Source: an uncultured delta proteobacterium
GTDB lineage: Bacteria > Desulfobacterota > Desulfobacteria > Desulfobacterales > B30-G6
Reading direction: 5' to 3'
DNA: 64,000 nucleotides
NCBI GenBank assembly: GCA_963823335.1
Contig: CAWGLD010000007.1
Coordinates: 32,001 to 96,000, forward strand
The notes under the pieces are model-generated. The model saw only the letters and a list, made by a program, of their open reading frames with translations, did no database searches and was not told the DNA's origin. Positions 40,383-50,599 of this stretch are shown here, piece by piece. Made by a program: the position numbers and the translations under genes. Each line of letters opens with the position of its first letter. Within the stretch, counting starts at the first letter, position 1.

Positions 40383-41828
40383 ATGTCCTTGAAAAGGGAT
40401 CAGATTGCAGAAGCGCTTGAAAATATCGTGGGAAAAGAACACGTCGTAACAGACGAACAGGTTTTAAAGGAGAGCAGTGTCGACCGTTTCAGAAGATTCG
40501 AAGCCTACCACGGCGTGTATCAACTGCCCTTGCCTGCCGCGGTCGTATATGTGAACAGCACCCAAGAGGTAGCCGCCGTAATTGAATTCGCCAACGAAAA
40601 CAAGATCAATGTCGTTCCACGAACCGGTCACTCGGCCACGGAAGGCGGTCTTGAAACCGCTTTGGAAAACTCCATTGTCGTTGATGGATCCGGTATGAAT
40701 CAGATCCTTGACATCGACACTTATAATATGCAGGCAACCGTGCAATGTGGCGCCTCTCTTCAAGAACTTGACGACCGTTTGAGAGAACAAGGTTACACAA
40801 CCGGCCACTCACCCCAATCAAAACCGCTGGCGCAGCTGGGGGGGCTGGTTGCCACCAGAAGTATCGGCCAATTTTCGACCCTATACGGCGGTATTGAAGA
40901 CATGGTGGTGGGGTTGGAAGCGGTTTTTCCGGGTAGCGGCATTACCCGTATAAAAAACGTACCTCGCAGGGCCGCCGGGCCTGATATCCGTCATGTCATC
41001 ATTGGCAATGAAGGCACGCTTTGCTTTATCACGGAAGTTACCGTTAAAATTTTTAGATATTTTCCTGAAAACAACAAATTCCTGGGGTATACCCTGGATA
41101 ATATGAAAACAGGTTTCGAAATTCTCCGGGAAGTCATGGTAAATGGTTACAGACCATCCGTCGCACGTCTGTATGATCCTGAAGACGGTTCCTACCACTT
41201 TTCTCATTTTGCTGAAGACAGGTGCGTATTGATTTTTGTGGCTGAAGGTGTAAAGCCTCTTGCGGACGCAACGGCCACGTCCATCGAGGATATCGTGGCC
41301 CGCTACGACGAATGTGTGAAAGTCGATCCAAAGCTGATCGAAAAATGGTTTGCCCACCTCAACTGGGACCCGGCCAATTTAGCGGCCGAAAAAGCCGAAA
41401 TTATGGAAACCAAGAACGTCTGCAATACCACTGAAATATCCGCAAATTGGGGGCTCATAAATAACATCTACGACGTGTGCATGCAACGGGTAAGAAACGA
41501 GATTCCCGACCTGACACTGTTGGGGGCCCATTCTTCTCACAGTTATCTCAACGGAACCAACCTCTACTTTGTATACTTTTATAATGTGGTTGACTGCAAA
41601 CCCGAAGAAGAACTCACAAAGTACCACCTGGCCATTAAAAAAATCATCGTTGAAGAGACGATCAAAGCCGGCGGCTCCATGTGCCATCACCACGGAGTCG
41701 GCAAGCATAGAACCCATTGGATCGAACAGGAATATGGATCCTCGTATTCCATCCTCAAGAAATTGAAAAGCGCTTTCGACCCCAACAACATCATGAATAT
41801 GGGGACCATCATACCGTTGGAAAAGTAA
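40383..41828 (+). CDS. ygcU: FAD-binding oxidoreductase, YgcU / alkyl-DHAP synthase-like
   Basis: GHSPQSKPLAQ, ATRSIGQFSTLYG, PRRAAGPDIRH, HHHGVGK. ATG 40383 follows AGGAG. Confidence 0.85.
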   Translation: MSLKRDQIAEALENIVGKEHVVTDEQVLKESSVDRFRRFEAYHGVYQLPLPAAVVYVNSTQEVAAVIEFANENKINVVPRTGHSATEGGLETALENSIVVDGSGMNQILDIDTYNMQATVQCGASLQELDDRLREQGYTTGHSPQSKPLAQLGGLVATRSIGQFSTLYGGIEDMVVGLEAVFPGSGITRIKNVPRRAAGPDIRHVIIGNEGTLCFITEVTVKIFRYFPENNKFLGYTLDNMKTGFEILREVMVNGYRPSVARLYDPEDGSYHFSHFAEDRCVLIFVAEGVKPLADATATSIEDIVARYDECVKVDPKLIEKWFAHLNWDPANLAAEKAEIMETKNVCNTTEISANWGLINNIYDVCMQRVRNEIPDLTLLGAHSSHSYLNGTNLYFVYFYNVVDCKPEEELTKYHLAIKKIIVEETIKAGGSMCHHHGVGKHRTHWIEQEYGSSYSILKKLKSAFDPNNIMNMGTIIPLEK

Positions 41829-42632
41829 ATGAATGTTCTGGTGTGTTTCATAACTGTTCCCGAGTTGGAGCTCCTTGACGGCCAGGATTGGGTCATCGAC
41901 AAAAACCTTCAAATCGATACCAGCTTCCTGAAACCCTCCCTGGATATCTATGACGAGAGCGCACTGGAAATCGCCTTGACTCTTTTAGATGCATCCGAAA
42001 AGACCAAGGTGCCCATGGAACTCACTGCCTTGACCATCGCCGGTCACGGAGCAACTCCCGTTCTGAAAACCCTGAATGCGCTGCGGTTTAAACGGGTCGT
42101 GCGCATCGACAACCAGGATGATCTCCGGTTCAGACCGAGGGCCATCGCTTCTGTCTTGACCCAATACGTTAGAAAACAGGGCCCCCAGGATGTGCTGCTG
42201 CTGGGTAGACAAACCAGTGTCGGTGAAAACGCGAAGACACATCTACTGACGGCGGAAATGCTGGGGTGGCCGTGCATCACCCAGGTTACCGGTATCGAAC
42301 TGGTCGACAGGAACCACTTGACGGTGACCAGCCAGGTAGATGAAGGCCAGCTCCGGCAGCAAATCCAGACGCCGTGTGTGCTTTCTGTGGGAGATGCGCC
42401 AAATACCTATATGCGGGTTCCCACACTAAAGGACCGGATGCATCTCGGCAATCGGCCCGTCGAGATCCTGTCCATCAGGGATTTTCACCTGCCGGAGGAG
42501 ACCGAGAAGCTAATAGACATGGAAATCATAAGCCATGCAAGACCCGGAATTCTCATCCAGGGGGAGACCCCCGAAAAAAAGGCCAGAGAGCTGTATGAAG
42601 TGTATTTGAAAGAAAGGCTGCAACTACTTTGA
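41829..42632 (+). CDS. ygcR: Electron transfer flavoprotein beta subunit, YgcR-like
   Basis: YDESALEIAL, LLGRQTSVG, AEMLGWPCITQV, MRVPTLKDRM. Confidence 0.75.
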   Translation: MNVLVCFITVPELELLDGQDWVIDKNLQIDTSFLKPSLDIYDESALEIALTLLDASEKTKVPMELTALTIAGHGATPVLKTLNALRFKRVVRIDNQDDLRFRPRAIASVLTQYVRKQGPQDVLLLGRQTSVGENAKTHLLTAEMLGWPCITQVTGIELVDRNHLTVTSQVDEGQLRQQIQTPCVLSVGDAPNTYMRVPTLKDRMHLGNRPVEILSIRDFHLPEETEKLIDMEIISHARPGILIQGETPEKKARELYEVYLKERLQLL

Positions 42633-43627
42633 TATTCAAGGGAATACTCAATGGCTGCTCGATGAACATCGCTTCTCAGGCCGAGGAGTTGAATGGTTTT
42701 ATTGGCAAGCACTTGCGTTCAGTGGACACCATCGGCAGCACCATTCTTTTTTATTCCAGGGAAGAGCAGAAGGATGCGCTGCTTGGGTTGGTTCCCACCG
42801 CGTCCGCACAACTCATCCGTATCAGCCGCTATCAACCGGAAAATGTCCTCGAAGCGCTCGAAACCATTGAAAAGGGAGAGAGAACCCACCTGTACGTATT
42901 TCCCAGCGGGTTTGAAGGTTCGGAAATTGCCGTCCGATTAGCTTTCCGGCTGAAGGGCTCGTCTCTTGTGCAAGTGGAACAGATCGATTGTTCAAGCCAA
43001 AAGTTGATCGCAAAGAAAGCCGTCTATGCAAACCACGTTCTGGCTACTTTCAAGTTAACGAAAAAGCCCTATTGCATCTCCCTTGCCAAAGGAACCACCA
43101 ACCGTCAGCCCATAGCCAAACGCGACACTATGACAGTTACCGAGGTTGACATGACCCACCTGCATCAAGACCGGTTCATCAAGGCGTCACAATCGACCCC
43201 TTTTAAACCGGCCAGGGATCTGACCAAGGCCGCGTTCCTTGTCATTGGCGGCAACGGCATGGGCAGTCATGAAAACACAAAAAAACTCCAACAGGTTGCC
43301 GAAACGATTGGAGCCGATTTTGGTGTCAGCCGTCCTGCAGCAATGCGTGTCTGGGCGCCCATGCACCGTCTGGTTGGCGTTTCCGGGGCCATGACAAAAG
43401 CGGATGTCTGCCTTGTTGCAGGGGTTTCCGGGGCCGCCGCTTTTTATGCCGGCATCGAAAAAAGTAAATTTATTGTCGCCATCAACAAAGACATTCGGGC
43501 ACCCATCGTCAGGTCTGCCGACGTTGCCATCATTGATGACTACAAAGCGGTGATGGATGAGCTTGTCAAGATTATGACAACAAATATAACCGGGTCCAAA
43601 GGGCCAGGCTCTTTTTATACTCTGTAA
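42629..43627 (+). CDS. ygcQ: Electron transfer flavoprotein alpha subunit, YgcQ-like
   Basis: GGNGMG, FGVSRP, VGVSG, GVSGAAAF, IVAINKDIRAPI. Confidence 0.75.
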   Translation: MIFKGILNGCSMNIASQAEELNGFIGKHLRSVDTIGSTILFYSREEQKDALLGLVPTASAQLIRISRYQPENVLEALETIEKGERTHLYVFPSGFEGSEIAVRLAFRLKGSSLVQVEQIDCSSQKLIAKKAVYANHVLATFKLTKKPYCISLAKGTTNRQPIAKRDTMTVTEVDMTHLHQDRFIKASQSTPFKPARDLTKAAFLVIGGNGMGSHENTKKLQQVAETIGADFGVSRPAAMRVWAPMHRLVGVSGAMTKADVCLVAGVSGAAAFYAGIEKSKFIVAINKDIRAPIVRSADVAIIDDYKAVMDELVKIMTTNITGSKGPGSFYTL

Positions 43628-43674
43628 GAGATTGTTTAGCATTTAGCATTTCGTGCTTCGAATTTTAACCATTA

Positions 43675-45132
43675 TTGAAATTGGCAAGGATACCCGTTTT
43701 GGAGAAGAAACTGATTCATCCCATGAGTGAAACCTTTCACGATTACCTGAAAGACGAATCAAATATGACGGGGTCGGCGGAAAGTATTTCTTTCCCGGAA
43801 AACGAAGCGGAAATCGCTCAAATCCTTCGGGAGATGCGAGGACACGGAACGGCCGTCACGATTCAGGGCGGCAAGACCGGTATCGTCGGCAGTGCAGTGC
43901 CCTTGCAGGGCCACATTATGAACCTCTCCCGCATGAAAAAAGTAAAATCCTTTGCCATTGCAAAAGATGGCCAAAGATCGGTGACGGTTGAACCGGGGAT
44001 CACCTTGCTTGAACTCCGAAAGGCGATTCAGCGGAACAAGACACATAGGGCGTTTTTCTGGCCACCGGATCCAACCGAACCAACAGCTAGCGTTGGCGGC
44101 ATTGCTTCCACCAATGCTGAAGGCACCTGTTTTTATCTTTATGGAAGATCTGCTTCATATATCTCGGGTATTCGCGTCATGAACGCCGACGGATCCATCC
44201 GTGACCTCAGGAAGGGACAAGACGCTATTGTCATCAATGGTGATTCCAAAGATCTTCTGGATGTTTATCTGAGTGGCGAAGGGATGTATGGCGTGATCAC
44301 GGAACTGACCCTGCGGTTGATACCCAAACCCAAAGAAATCTGGGGCATTGGTTTTTTCTTTGAAAACCCGGAAGAAGGGATGTCCTTTGCAGATCAGCTG
44401 AAAGCCGCCCCTTTTGACAGCCATGATGCAAATATTGCCGCCATGGAGTACCTGGATCAGACCATACTCAATGCCGTTGAAATGCATCCTTCCATGAAGA
44501 TCCAATTAAAAACGACACCTGACACGGCACTGCATATTACAGCCATGGTTTATGTGGAAATTCATGGGGATCATGAAGATGCCATCCAAGAACTTGCCCA
44601 TACGCTTTTAAAAATGAGTTCTACTTTTAACAGTGATATAGACAAGACATGGGCATTTTCCGGAGAGCCCGAGGTCGATAAGATGAGAAGCTTTCTGCAT
44701 GCCGCTGCTGAAACCGCCATCCTGCACGTTGAAAAAGCCCGCCGTGAAGACCATAGAATTACCAAAACAGGTATAGATATCAGCCTGGAGCGGGAGGGGC
44801 TGAAGGCCCTGGTTCACCGATTTGAAAAACAACTTCGAACGGAAAATTTAAAAGCCAGCTTTTGGGGGCACCTTGGCAGCGGCAGTCTGCACATCGATAT
44901 CCTGCCGGGAAATTACGAGGAGTTCGTTAAAGGCAAGACCTTGTTGGAAACATGGGCTGATAGCTTTCCAGCCCTTCTCGGGAAGGCCATCACATCGTAT
45001 GGCATTGGAAAACTGAAAAAATCGATTTTCCTCAAAACAGCCTCGAAGACACATGTCAACGATGTGCTAAAATTGAAAAAGCAATTGGACAAGAACAATC
45101 TGTGGAACCCGGGCAATATGATCGGGGACTGA
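43675..45132 (+). CDS. FAD-binding oxidoreductase (GlcD / D-lactate dehydrogenase family), divergent
   Basis: DYLKDES, QGGKTG, WPPDPTE, GEGMYGVITE, WNPGNM. Start uncertain. Confidence 0.8.
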   Translation: MKLARIPVLEKKLIHPMSETFHDYLKDESNMTGSAESISFPENEAEIAQILREMRGHGTAVTIQGGKTGIVGSAVPLQGHIMNLSRMKKVKSFAIAKDGQRSVTVEPGITLLELRKAIQRNKTHRAFFWPPDPTEPTASVGGIASTNAEGTCFYLYGRSASYISGIRVMNADGSIRDLRKGQDAIVINGDSKDLLDVYLSGEGMYGVITELTLRLIPKPKEIWGIGFFFENPEEGMSFADQLKAAPFDSHDANIAAMEYLDQTILNAVEMHPSMKIQLKTTPDTALHITAMVYVEIHGDHEDAIQELAHTLLKMSSTFNSDIDKTWAFSGEPEVDKMRSFLHAAAETAILHVEKARREDHRITKTGIDISLEREGLKALVHRFEKQLRTENLKASFWGHLGSGSLHIDILPGNYEEFVKGKTLLETWADSFPALLGKAITSYGIGKLKKSIFLKTASKTHVNDVLKLKKQLDKNNLWNPGNMIGD

Positions 45133-45156
45133 GATCAACATAGGAAAGGAGACCCC

Positions 45157-46575
45157 GTGAAACAGTTTGACAAACTCTATATCAACGGCAAATGGGTACA
45201 GCCGAATAATACCGATATCATCGAGGTTGTTAACCCGGCCACCGAAAGTATCTGTGCATGCGTTCCAAACGGAAACCAGGAAGATGTGAACGCTGCCGTC
45301 GCTTCTGCGCGCCAGGCATTTGACGGCTGGGCACATACACCAGCGCAAAAGCGCGCCAAGATCATGCATGCCGTTGCAGATGAAATGCAGCGTCGTGCCG
45401 ACGAATTGATTGACGCACACGTCATCACCATGGGCTGCCCCCGTCACCTCACCGCCGGGCTGCACGTCGATGCTCCCATCGCCGCCATGCATAACTACGC
45501 AGAGCGTTCCGTACAGATGGACACCGTCGAAGAAAAAGACAACGTGTTGGTATACAAAGAACCTATCGGTGTTTGCGCCTTGATCAATCCCTGGAACTAT
45601 CCCCTTCATCAACTTATCGGCAAGGTCGCCCCCGCACTTGCCGCCGGCTGTACCATCATCGCCAAACCTGCTGCGCAAACACCGCTGCAGGATTTTATCA
45701 TGGCGGAAATTTTTGAAGCCGTGAGTCTGCCGGCAGGTGTGTTTAACCTGGTCAGCGGTTCAGGCAGCGTGATCGGCCCGGTCCTGAGCAGTCATCCCCA
45801 GGTGGATATGGTCTCTTTTACCGGTTCGACGTATGCGGGCATCAAGGTAGCCGAATCGGCAGCTCCGACGGTAAAACGTGTTTGTCAGGAACTCGGCGGA
45901 AAATCCCCATACATCATTACCGAAGACGCCGATCTTGAAACTGCCGTTCGCTACGGTGTCGAAGATGTGATGCTCAACACAGGTCAGACGTGCAATGCCC
46001 TGACCCGCATGTTCGTACCCCGGGGTTGCTATGAGAAAGCCGTCGGCATCGCCAAAAAGGCAGCGGAAGAACATATTGTCGGCGACCCAAACGATAGCAG
46101 CGTTACCATGGGCCCCATGGCATCGGCTGCACAAAAACAAACCGTACTCAATTATATCAAGACGGGCATTGCTGAAGGCGCAAGATTGGTCACCGGCGGT
46201 ATTGACATGCCGCAGGGCCTGCATGTGGGCGCCTATGTAAACCCCACTGTTTTTGCTGATGTTACCAACGACATGGTCATCGCCAGGGAAGAAATTTTCG
46301 GACCTGTTCTTTGCATGATTGCCTACGATGATATCGAAGAGGCCATTGAAATGGCAAATGACACGGTATATGGCTTAGCATCCGGAGTTTATGCCAAAGA
46401 CAAAGCGGGTGCACGAAAAATCGCCAGACGAATACGGGCAGGTCAGTGTTACATCCAGGGTGGCTATTTTAATCTGGAGGCGCCTTTTGGTGGTTTCAAA
46501 CAATCCGGAAACGGGCGTGAATGGGGAGACCAGGCCATGCACGAATACGTCGAAATAAAAGCCATCATTGCTTAG
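45157..46575 (+). CDS. NAD-dependent aldehyde dehydrogenase
   Basis: PWNYP, SFTGST, ELGGKSP, GQTCNA, EEIFGPV, PFGGFKQSG. Confidence 0.93.
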   Translation: MKQFDKLYINGKWVQPNNTDIIEVVNPATESICACVPNGNQEDVNAAVASARQAFDGWAHTPAQKRAKIMHAVADEMQRRADELIDAHVITMGCPRHLTAGLHVDAPIAAMHNYAERSVQMDTVEEKDNVLVYKEPIGVCALINPWNYPLHQLIGKVAPALAAGCTIIAKPAAQTPLQDFIMAEIFEAVSLPAGVFNLVSGSGSVIGPVLSSHPQVDMVSFTGSTYAGIKVAESAAPTVKRVCQELGGKSPYIITEDADLETAVRYGVEDVMLNTGQTCNALTRMFVPRGCYEKAVGIAKKAAEEHIVGDPNDSSVTMGPMASAAQKQTVLNYIKTGIAEGARLVTGGIDMPQGLHVGAYVNPTVFADVTNDMVIAREEIFGPVLCMIAYDDIEEAIEMANDTVYGLASGVYAKDKAGARKIARRIRAGQCYIQGGYFNLEAPFGGFKQSGNGREWGDQAMHEYVEIKAIIA

Positions 46576-46607
46576 CAGACTGCAGGTGATATAACCTTTG
46601 CCAAAAT

Positions 46608-46660
46608 AACGTTCCTACTGTTCCGAAAAAAGCCGTGAGCTATATTCGGAACATATGTAT
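46608..46660. repeat. Short intergenic repeat family C, copy 1 (degenerate)
   Basis: AACGTTCC...TCCGAAAAA...TTCGGAACATATGTAT; the last 16 bp are identical to 50360-50375. Confidence 0.55.
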
Positions 46661-46683
46661 TAGAAGCTATAAAGGAGATAACA

Positions 46684-47589
46684 ATGAAAATCGGATGGAT
46701 TGGACTGGGTAATATCGGAGGCATTATGGCATCGAACCTGATGAAAGCGGGGTATCACCTGATCGTACACGATCTTGAATACAAGGCCGCCGAAAAATTG
46801 ATTGCATCGGGTGCTGAATGGGCAGACACACCCCAGGCGCTGGCCGGCAAAGCGGACACGATCATTACCTCTTTGCCCGGTCCCCCGCAGGTGAGAGCCG
46901 TGATGGAGAGCGAACAAGGGGTATTTGCAGGCATCCGCCCGGGCTGTACCTGGATCGACATGTCCACGACCGATGCCGAAGAGGTGGAACGGCTCGGGGG
47001 GATTGCCGCCGAAAAAGGCGTGTCTGTTCTGGAAGCGCCCCTTACCGGTGGTGTGACCCTCGCCAAGGCAGGCGGAATTACCATGCTCGTGGGCGGGGAA
47101 AAAGACGTTTTTGAATCACAACTGCCCATGTTGCGCAAGATCGGCGGCAAGATACTCCTCATGGGACCGCTGGGAAGTGCGAGCATCGTCAAGGTCATCA
47201 CGAACCTGCTGGCGCTCGGCCACCTGATTATGGCCGGCGAGGCTTTCATGCTCGGAAACCAGGCCGGCATCGACCCGAAAGCGTTGCTTGAGGGTATCCA
47301 GGCCAGTTCCGGCAACAGTTATACCATCGAAAAAGAAATGCCGCTGGTGTACAATGGCAGCTATGACGTGGGGTTTTCAATGGCCCTGGCCTGTAAGGAC
47401 CTGGGGCTGACAATGAAACATGCTCGGAAATATGGGGTGCCGCTGGAATTGGGGGCATTGGTGGAGCAGATTTTCGTCCGGGCGAAAAGACAATACGGTG
47501 AAGCGGCCAATTCCACCCAGGCGGTGAAGCTGCTCGAAGACACAATGAATGTCTATCTGCGTGCAACCGGGTATGAGGATTTTCGGTAA
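46684..47589 (+). CDS. 3-hydroxyisobutyrate dehydrogenase / tartronate semialdehyde reductase family
   Basis: IGWIGLGNIG, WIDMSTT, LEAPLTGG, VKVITN, KDLGL. Confidence 0.88.
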   Translation: MKIGWIGLGNIGGIMASNLMKAGYHLIVHDLEYKAAEKLIASGAEWADTPQALAGKADTIITSLPGPPQVRAVMESEQGVFAGIRPGCTWIDMSTTDAEEVERLGGIAAEKGVSVLEAPLTGGVTLAKAGGITMLVGGEKDVFESQLPMLRKIGGKILLMGPLGSASIVKVITNLLALGHLIMAGEAFMLGNQAGIDPKALLEGIQASSGNSYTIEKEMPLVYNGSYDVGFSMALACKDLGLTMKHARKYGVPLELGALVEQIFVRAKRQYGEAANSTQAVKLLEDTMNVYLRATGYEDFR

Positions 47590-47615
47590 ACATCCACACA
47601 AACGTTTTTCATAAT

Positions 47616-47640
47616 AACATTCCGGTGACTCCGAAAAGGG
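47616..47640. repeat. Short intergenic repeat family C, copy 2 (5' half)
   Basis: AACATTCCGGTGACTCCGAAAAGGG, nearly identical to 50312-50337. Confidence 0.65.
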
Positions 47641-47649
47641 GGTTTCAGA

Positions 47650-49038
47650 TTATCTGATCATGGTACGCCCTTCAAACCTGTTGACGCAATTAATTTTAAT
47701 ATCCAGGGCGCTGGCAATGTTGAATTTCGCTTCAATGCCTTTGGCGCATCCAGGCAGCGGTGTCATGATGCCCAGGTTCAAATCCTGCCGAACCTCACCC
47801 ATGATCACAGGATCGGTCAAATCGGAAATTGCCACCTTCAGTTTCTCCGCCACATAAGCCTTGGCCTGTTCAATTCGCATTCCCCGGGCCATTTGCACAC
47901 GAGCAACCAGATCTCCGGCTCCTCGCATTCCGCCCATTCCCGAGGCATGCGCGTGGGTGATCGCCATGGCAAAGGGATCACCCACGCCAACCTACAAACC
48001 GTCCAGGCGGCATATTTCTACAATTGCCTTGGATGAACGCGAAACAATATCCATGGGCGGGTGATCGTTTACCGTCACCCCTCCGACCCCCATGCCCATA
48101 TTGGGGTGAATGGGAATCTGTGCCACTTCGCCACATGCCTTGGTATAGGTAACCGTGCGGGCCAGGTTCCAGGGTGCCGATTCGTTGGTGTTTGTGTTGA
48201 TCACCGGCCCGAAAATGGTAGCCCCGGCGGCCTCGGCCATCTTTACCTGGCGATGGGGATACATCCCTGCCAGGCGTTCTCCCTTGTAGGTCAATTCGCT
48301 GTGCATCCCCAGAACGAACTCCCCGGCCATGCCTATTTGAATGCACATATCCGGATATTTGGCCCTGAGCTTCTCCGTGGCCAGTAAAGCCGCGAGAAAG
48401 TCGGCATCCCCGGCAGCCCCGGTGGTATCCAGGTTGATCCCGTCAGCACCCGATTCATACATGGCGCTTGCAGCTGAAACGATATCCGCCACCAGGTATT
48501 CCACCGAGGCTTCATAAGATTGTTGTGCCTCTTCGATCTTGCCCATAGGCATCAATTCGCCCGGGTTGGGGAAAGGTCCGTCAGGCTGGCTGTATAGCCC
48601 CAGGTTGGGCTGAGCACCGTAAAACAGCGGGATATGCGTGACAAGCAAGGCTTGTTCCAAGATGGGTTGTTCCATGGTGATGATGGGTTTGACGGGCTTA
48701 TAGGAATAATCCACATGGTTCAACTCCATGGTATCAGCCCCCATGATCTTCTCATAAATCTGCAAGGCCTGGATGCGGTCCACGTTGACGCCTACTCTGC
48801 GGATTTTCAACGTTCCGGCATCGTATGTGAGAATCACTTCATGGCCCGGTTCGACGCTCAAAAACCGAAATGGGCATTTAAATATATCCCGCAGGTGTTC
48901 GAGCTCCGACTGGGTCAGGGGATCTATTTGACCTCGTTGAGCAGCATCCTGGCTGCCACGCTGCAGGTCCTCCATTAATTCTTCTTCACTCAACGCAAGG
49001 ACGGTTCCGTCCCCGTAGCGGGTTATAATGTTACGCAT
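47650..49038 (-). CDS. mtbB: Second dimethylamine:corrinoid methyltransferase MtbB, pyrrolysine-containing (462 aa, amber codon 349)
   Basis: ORFs 47992-49038 and 47650-47985 are in frame, joined by TAG at 47994-47992: CRLDGL-[TAG]-VGVGDPFAM...RGAGDLVARVQ. AGGAGG RBS; ends TAA. Confidence 0.93.
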
Positions 49039-49060
49039 TAACTACCTCCTTTTATTGAAT

Positions 49061-49128
49061 AACCCCGCAGCCGCGAAGCACTGCCGAACGGCAGAATCTA
49101 CGGGGTTAGCGCTCGCTGTTTCGGTTCA
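49061..49128. repeat. Dispersed repeat family B
   Basis: AACCCCGCAG-[GCGAAGCACTGCCGAACGGCAGA]-CTACGGGGTTAGCGCTCGCTGTTTCGGTTCA; supplies the last codons and stop of the adjacent gene. Confidence 0.75.
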
Positions 49129-50255
49129 TCCAATGGCGGTGGAATCAAAACGAAATTGCCGAAATGCTTCTTCTCCAGAAACTCGCGCTGTGCGTCCACA
49201 ATCTGTTCCAGCGAAAACGTCTTGGCAAGAATCGGCCGCAACTCGCCGCACTCGATGTAGGAAATAAGGTTTGGAAAAACAGGTTCGTCCCACGCGGTAC
49301 AGCCGATCAGCGTCAGGTCTTTTAGATAGAAGGTGCGCATATCCAATTCAACGAGTGGGCCGGCAATCGCACCGGATGACACATACATCCCCCCTCTCTT
49401 AAGCACCTTCAGCATGCGGTCAAAGCCTGGCCCGGCAACGTTGTCAAAGACAACGTCCACAGAGTTTTCGCCGAGAATGGCAACGGTATCGTCGTTACGC
49501 TCAATGACACGATCTGGTCCTATGGACTGCACCTTCTCCATCTTCGCTTTCCCCGCAATTGCGGTCACAGAGGCACCACGCCGCTTCACCAGTTGCACGA
49601 CAGCCGAGCCAACGCCACCGGATGCTCCGGCTACCAGCACGTGCTGTCCCTCGCGCACCCTGGCGCGATGCACCATATTCTCCGCTGTCCCGTAAGCACA
49701 GGGAATCGTGCCGAGTTCGGCATCGCTCCAATCGCAGTCCACCGCGAAAACCTCCCCGGCCGGCACCTTCACGAACTGTGCGAAGGCACCGTCAAAGTCG
49801 GAGCCCATCCAGATATTTTCCATAGACTCAAAACCAAACGGGCGCATACAAGACCGTACCAGTGCACGCGCACCAATGGTGCTTTCATCCCCGCCAGGGG
49901 CAACAGCGACGACACGGCCGCAGCAATCCGTGCCCTGGATGAACGGAAAGGGGGTTGCCTCGTTCCACCCGCCATCCGTCTTTTCTGTGGCGGTCTGTTC
50001 TTCCGCACATGCCGCATCCTCGGTACCTGATGAGACCGTGGATGAGTACCAACCGACACGTGTATTAATTTCAGTATTGTTAACACCGGCGGCAAGCACC
50101 TGCAGCAGAACCTCACCTGCTTCAAGTGCTGGAATGGGGACCTCACGGTACGCGAGTTTGTCATATCCGCCGTTCCCCGTTGTAACAACGGCCTTCATCT
50201 TAATGTCACAGCCATTTGGATCAAATCGCTCTTTGCTTGGAACCCTTTCGACCAT
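49098..50255 (-). CDS. MDR-family alcohol dehydrogenase / quinone oxidoreductase
   Basis: VLAAGVNNTE, DGAFAQF, VLVAGASGGVGSA, SGAIAGP. Start uncertain. Confidence 0.85.
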   Translation of the reverse strand: MVERVPSKERFDPNGCDIKMKAVVTTGNGGYDKLAYREVPIPALEAGEVLLQVLAAGVNNTEINTRVGWYSSTVSSGTEDAACAEEQTATEKTDGGWNEATPFPFIQGTDCCGRVVAVAPGGDESTIGARALVRSCMRPFGFESMENIWMGSDFDGAFAQFVKVPAGEVFAVDCDWSDAELGTIPCAYGTAENMVHRARVREGQHVLVAGASGGVGSAVVQLVKRRGASVTAIAGKAKMEKVQSIGPDRVIERNDDTVAILGENSVDVVFDNVAGPGFDRMLKVLKRGGMYVSSGAIAGPLVELDMRTFYLKDLTLIGCTAWDEPVFPNLISYIECGELRPILAKTFSLEQIVDAQREFLEKKHFGNFVLIPPPLDEPKQRALTP

Positions 50256-50311
50256 CGCAACCACCCTTTCGGTATTATCCTTTTGATGAATGTTATCGCA
50301 TTTGTCAAAGC

Positions 50312-50375
50312 AACATTCCGGTCACTCCGAAAAAGGGACTCCCTCGGCTGAGGGACCTGTTCGGAACATATGTAT
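50312..50375. repeat. Short intergenic repeat family C, copy 3 (complete)
   Basis: AACATTCCGGTCACTCCGAAAAAGGG...TCCCTC/GAGGGA hairpin...TTCGGAACATATGTAT. Confidence 0.65.
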
Positions 50376-50599
50376 GACACCCCTTATAAACCATAGCCGG
50401 GGGCAACCGAAAACAACTGATGTCTGAGCATGTCCACGCGTAACATTTCTCCCGACGCCAATACAGATATCAATTTTATTAAAAAAAAGCAAAAAAAGCG
50501 TCATCCCTTTATAGCTTTGACCTTTGTCTCTTTTTGGTTTACAGCACTTAGGAAATTATTTTCCGGGTTCTCATTTAACAAGAACCAAGGGAGAAAGAA

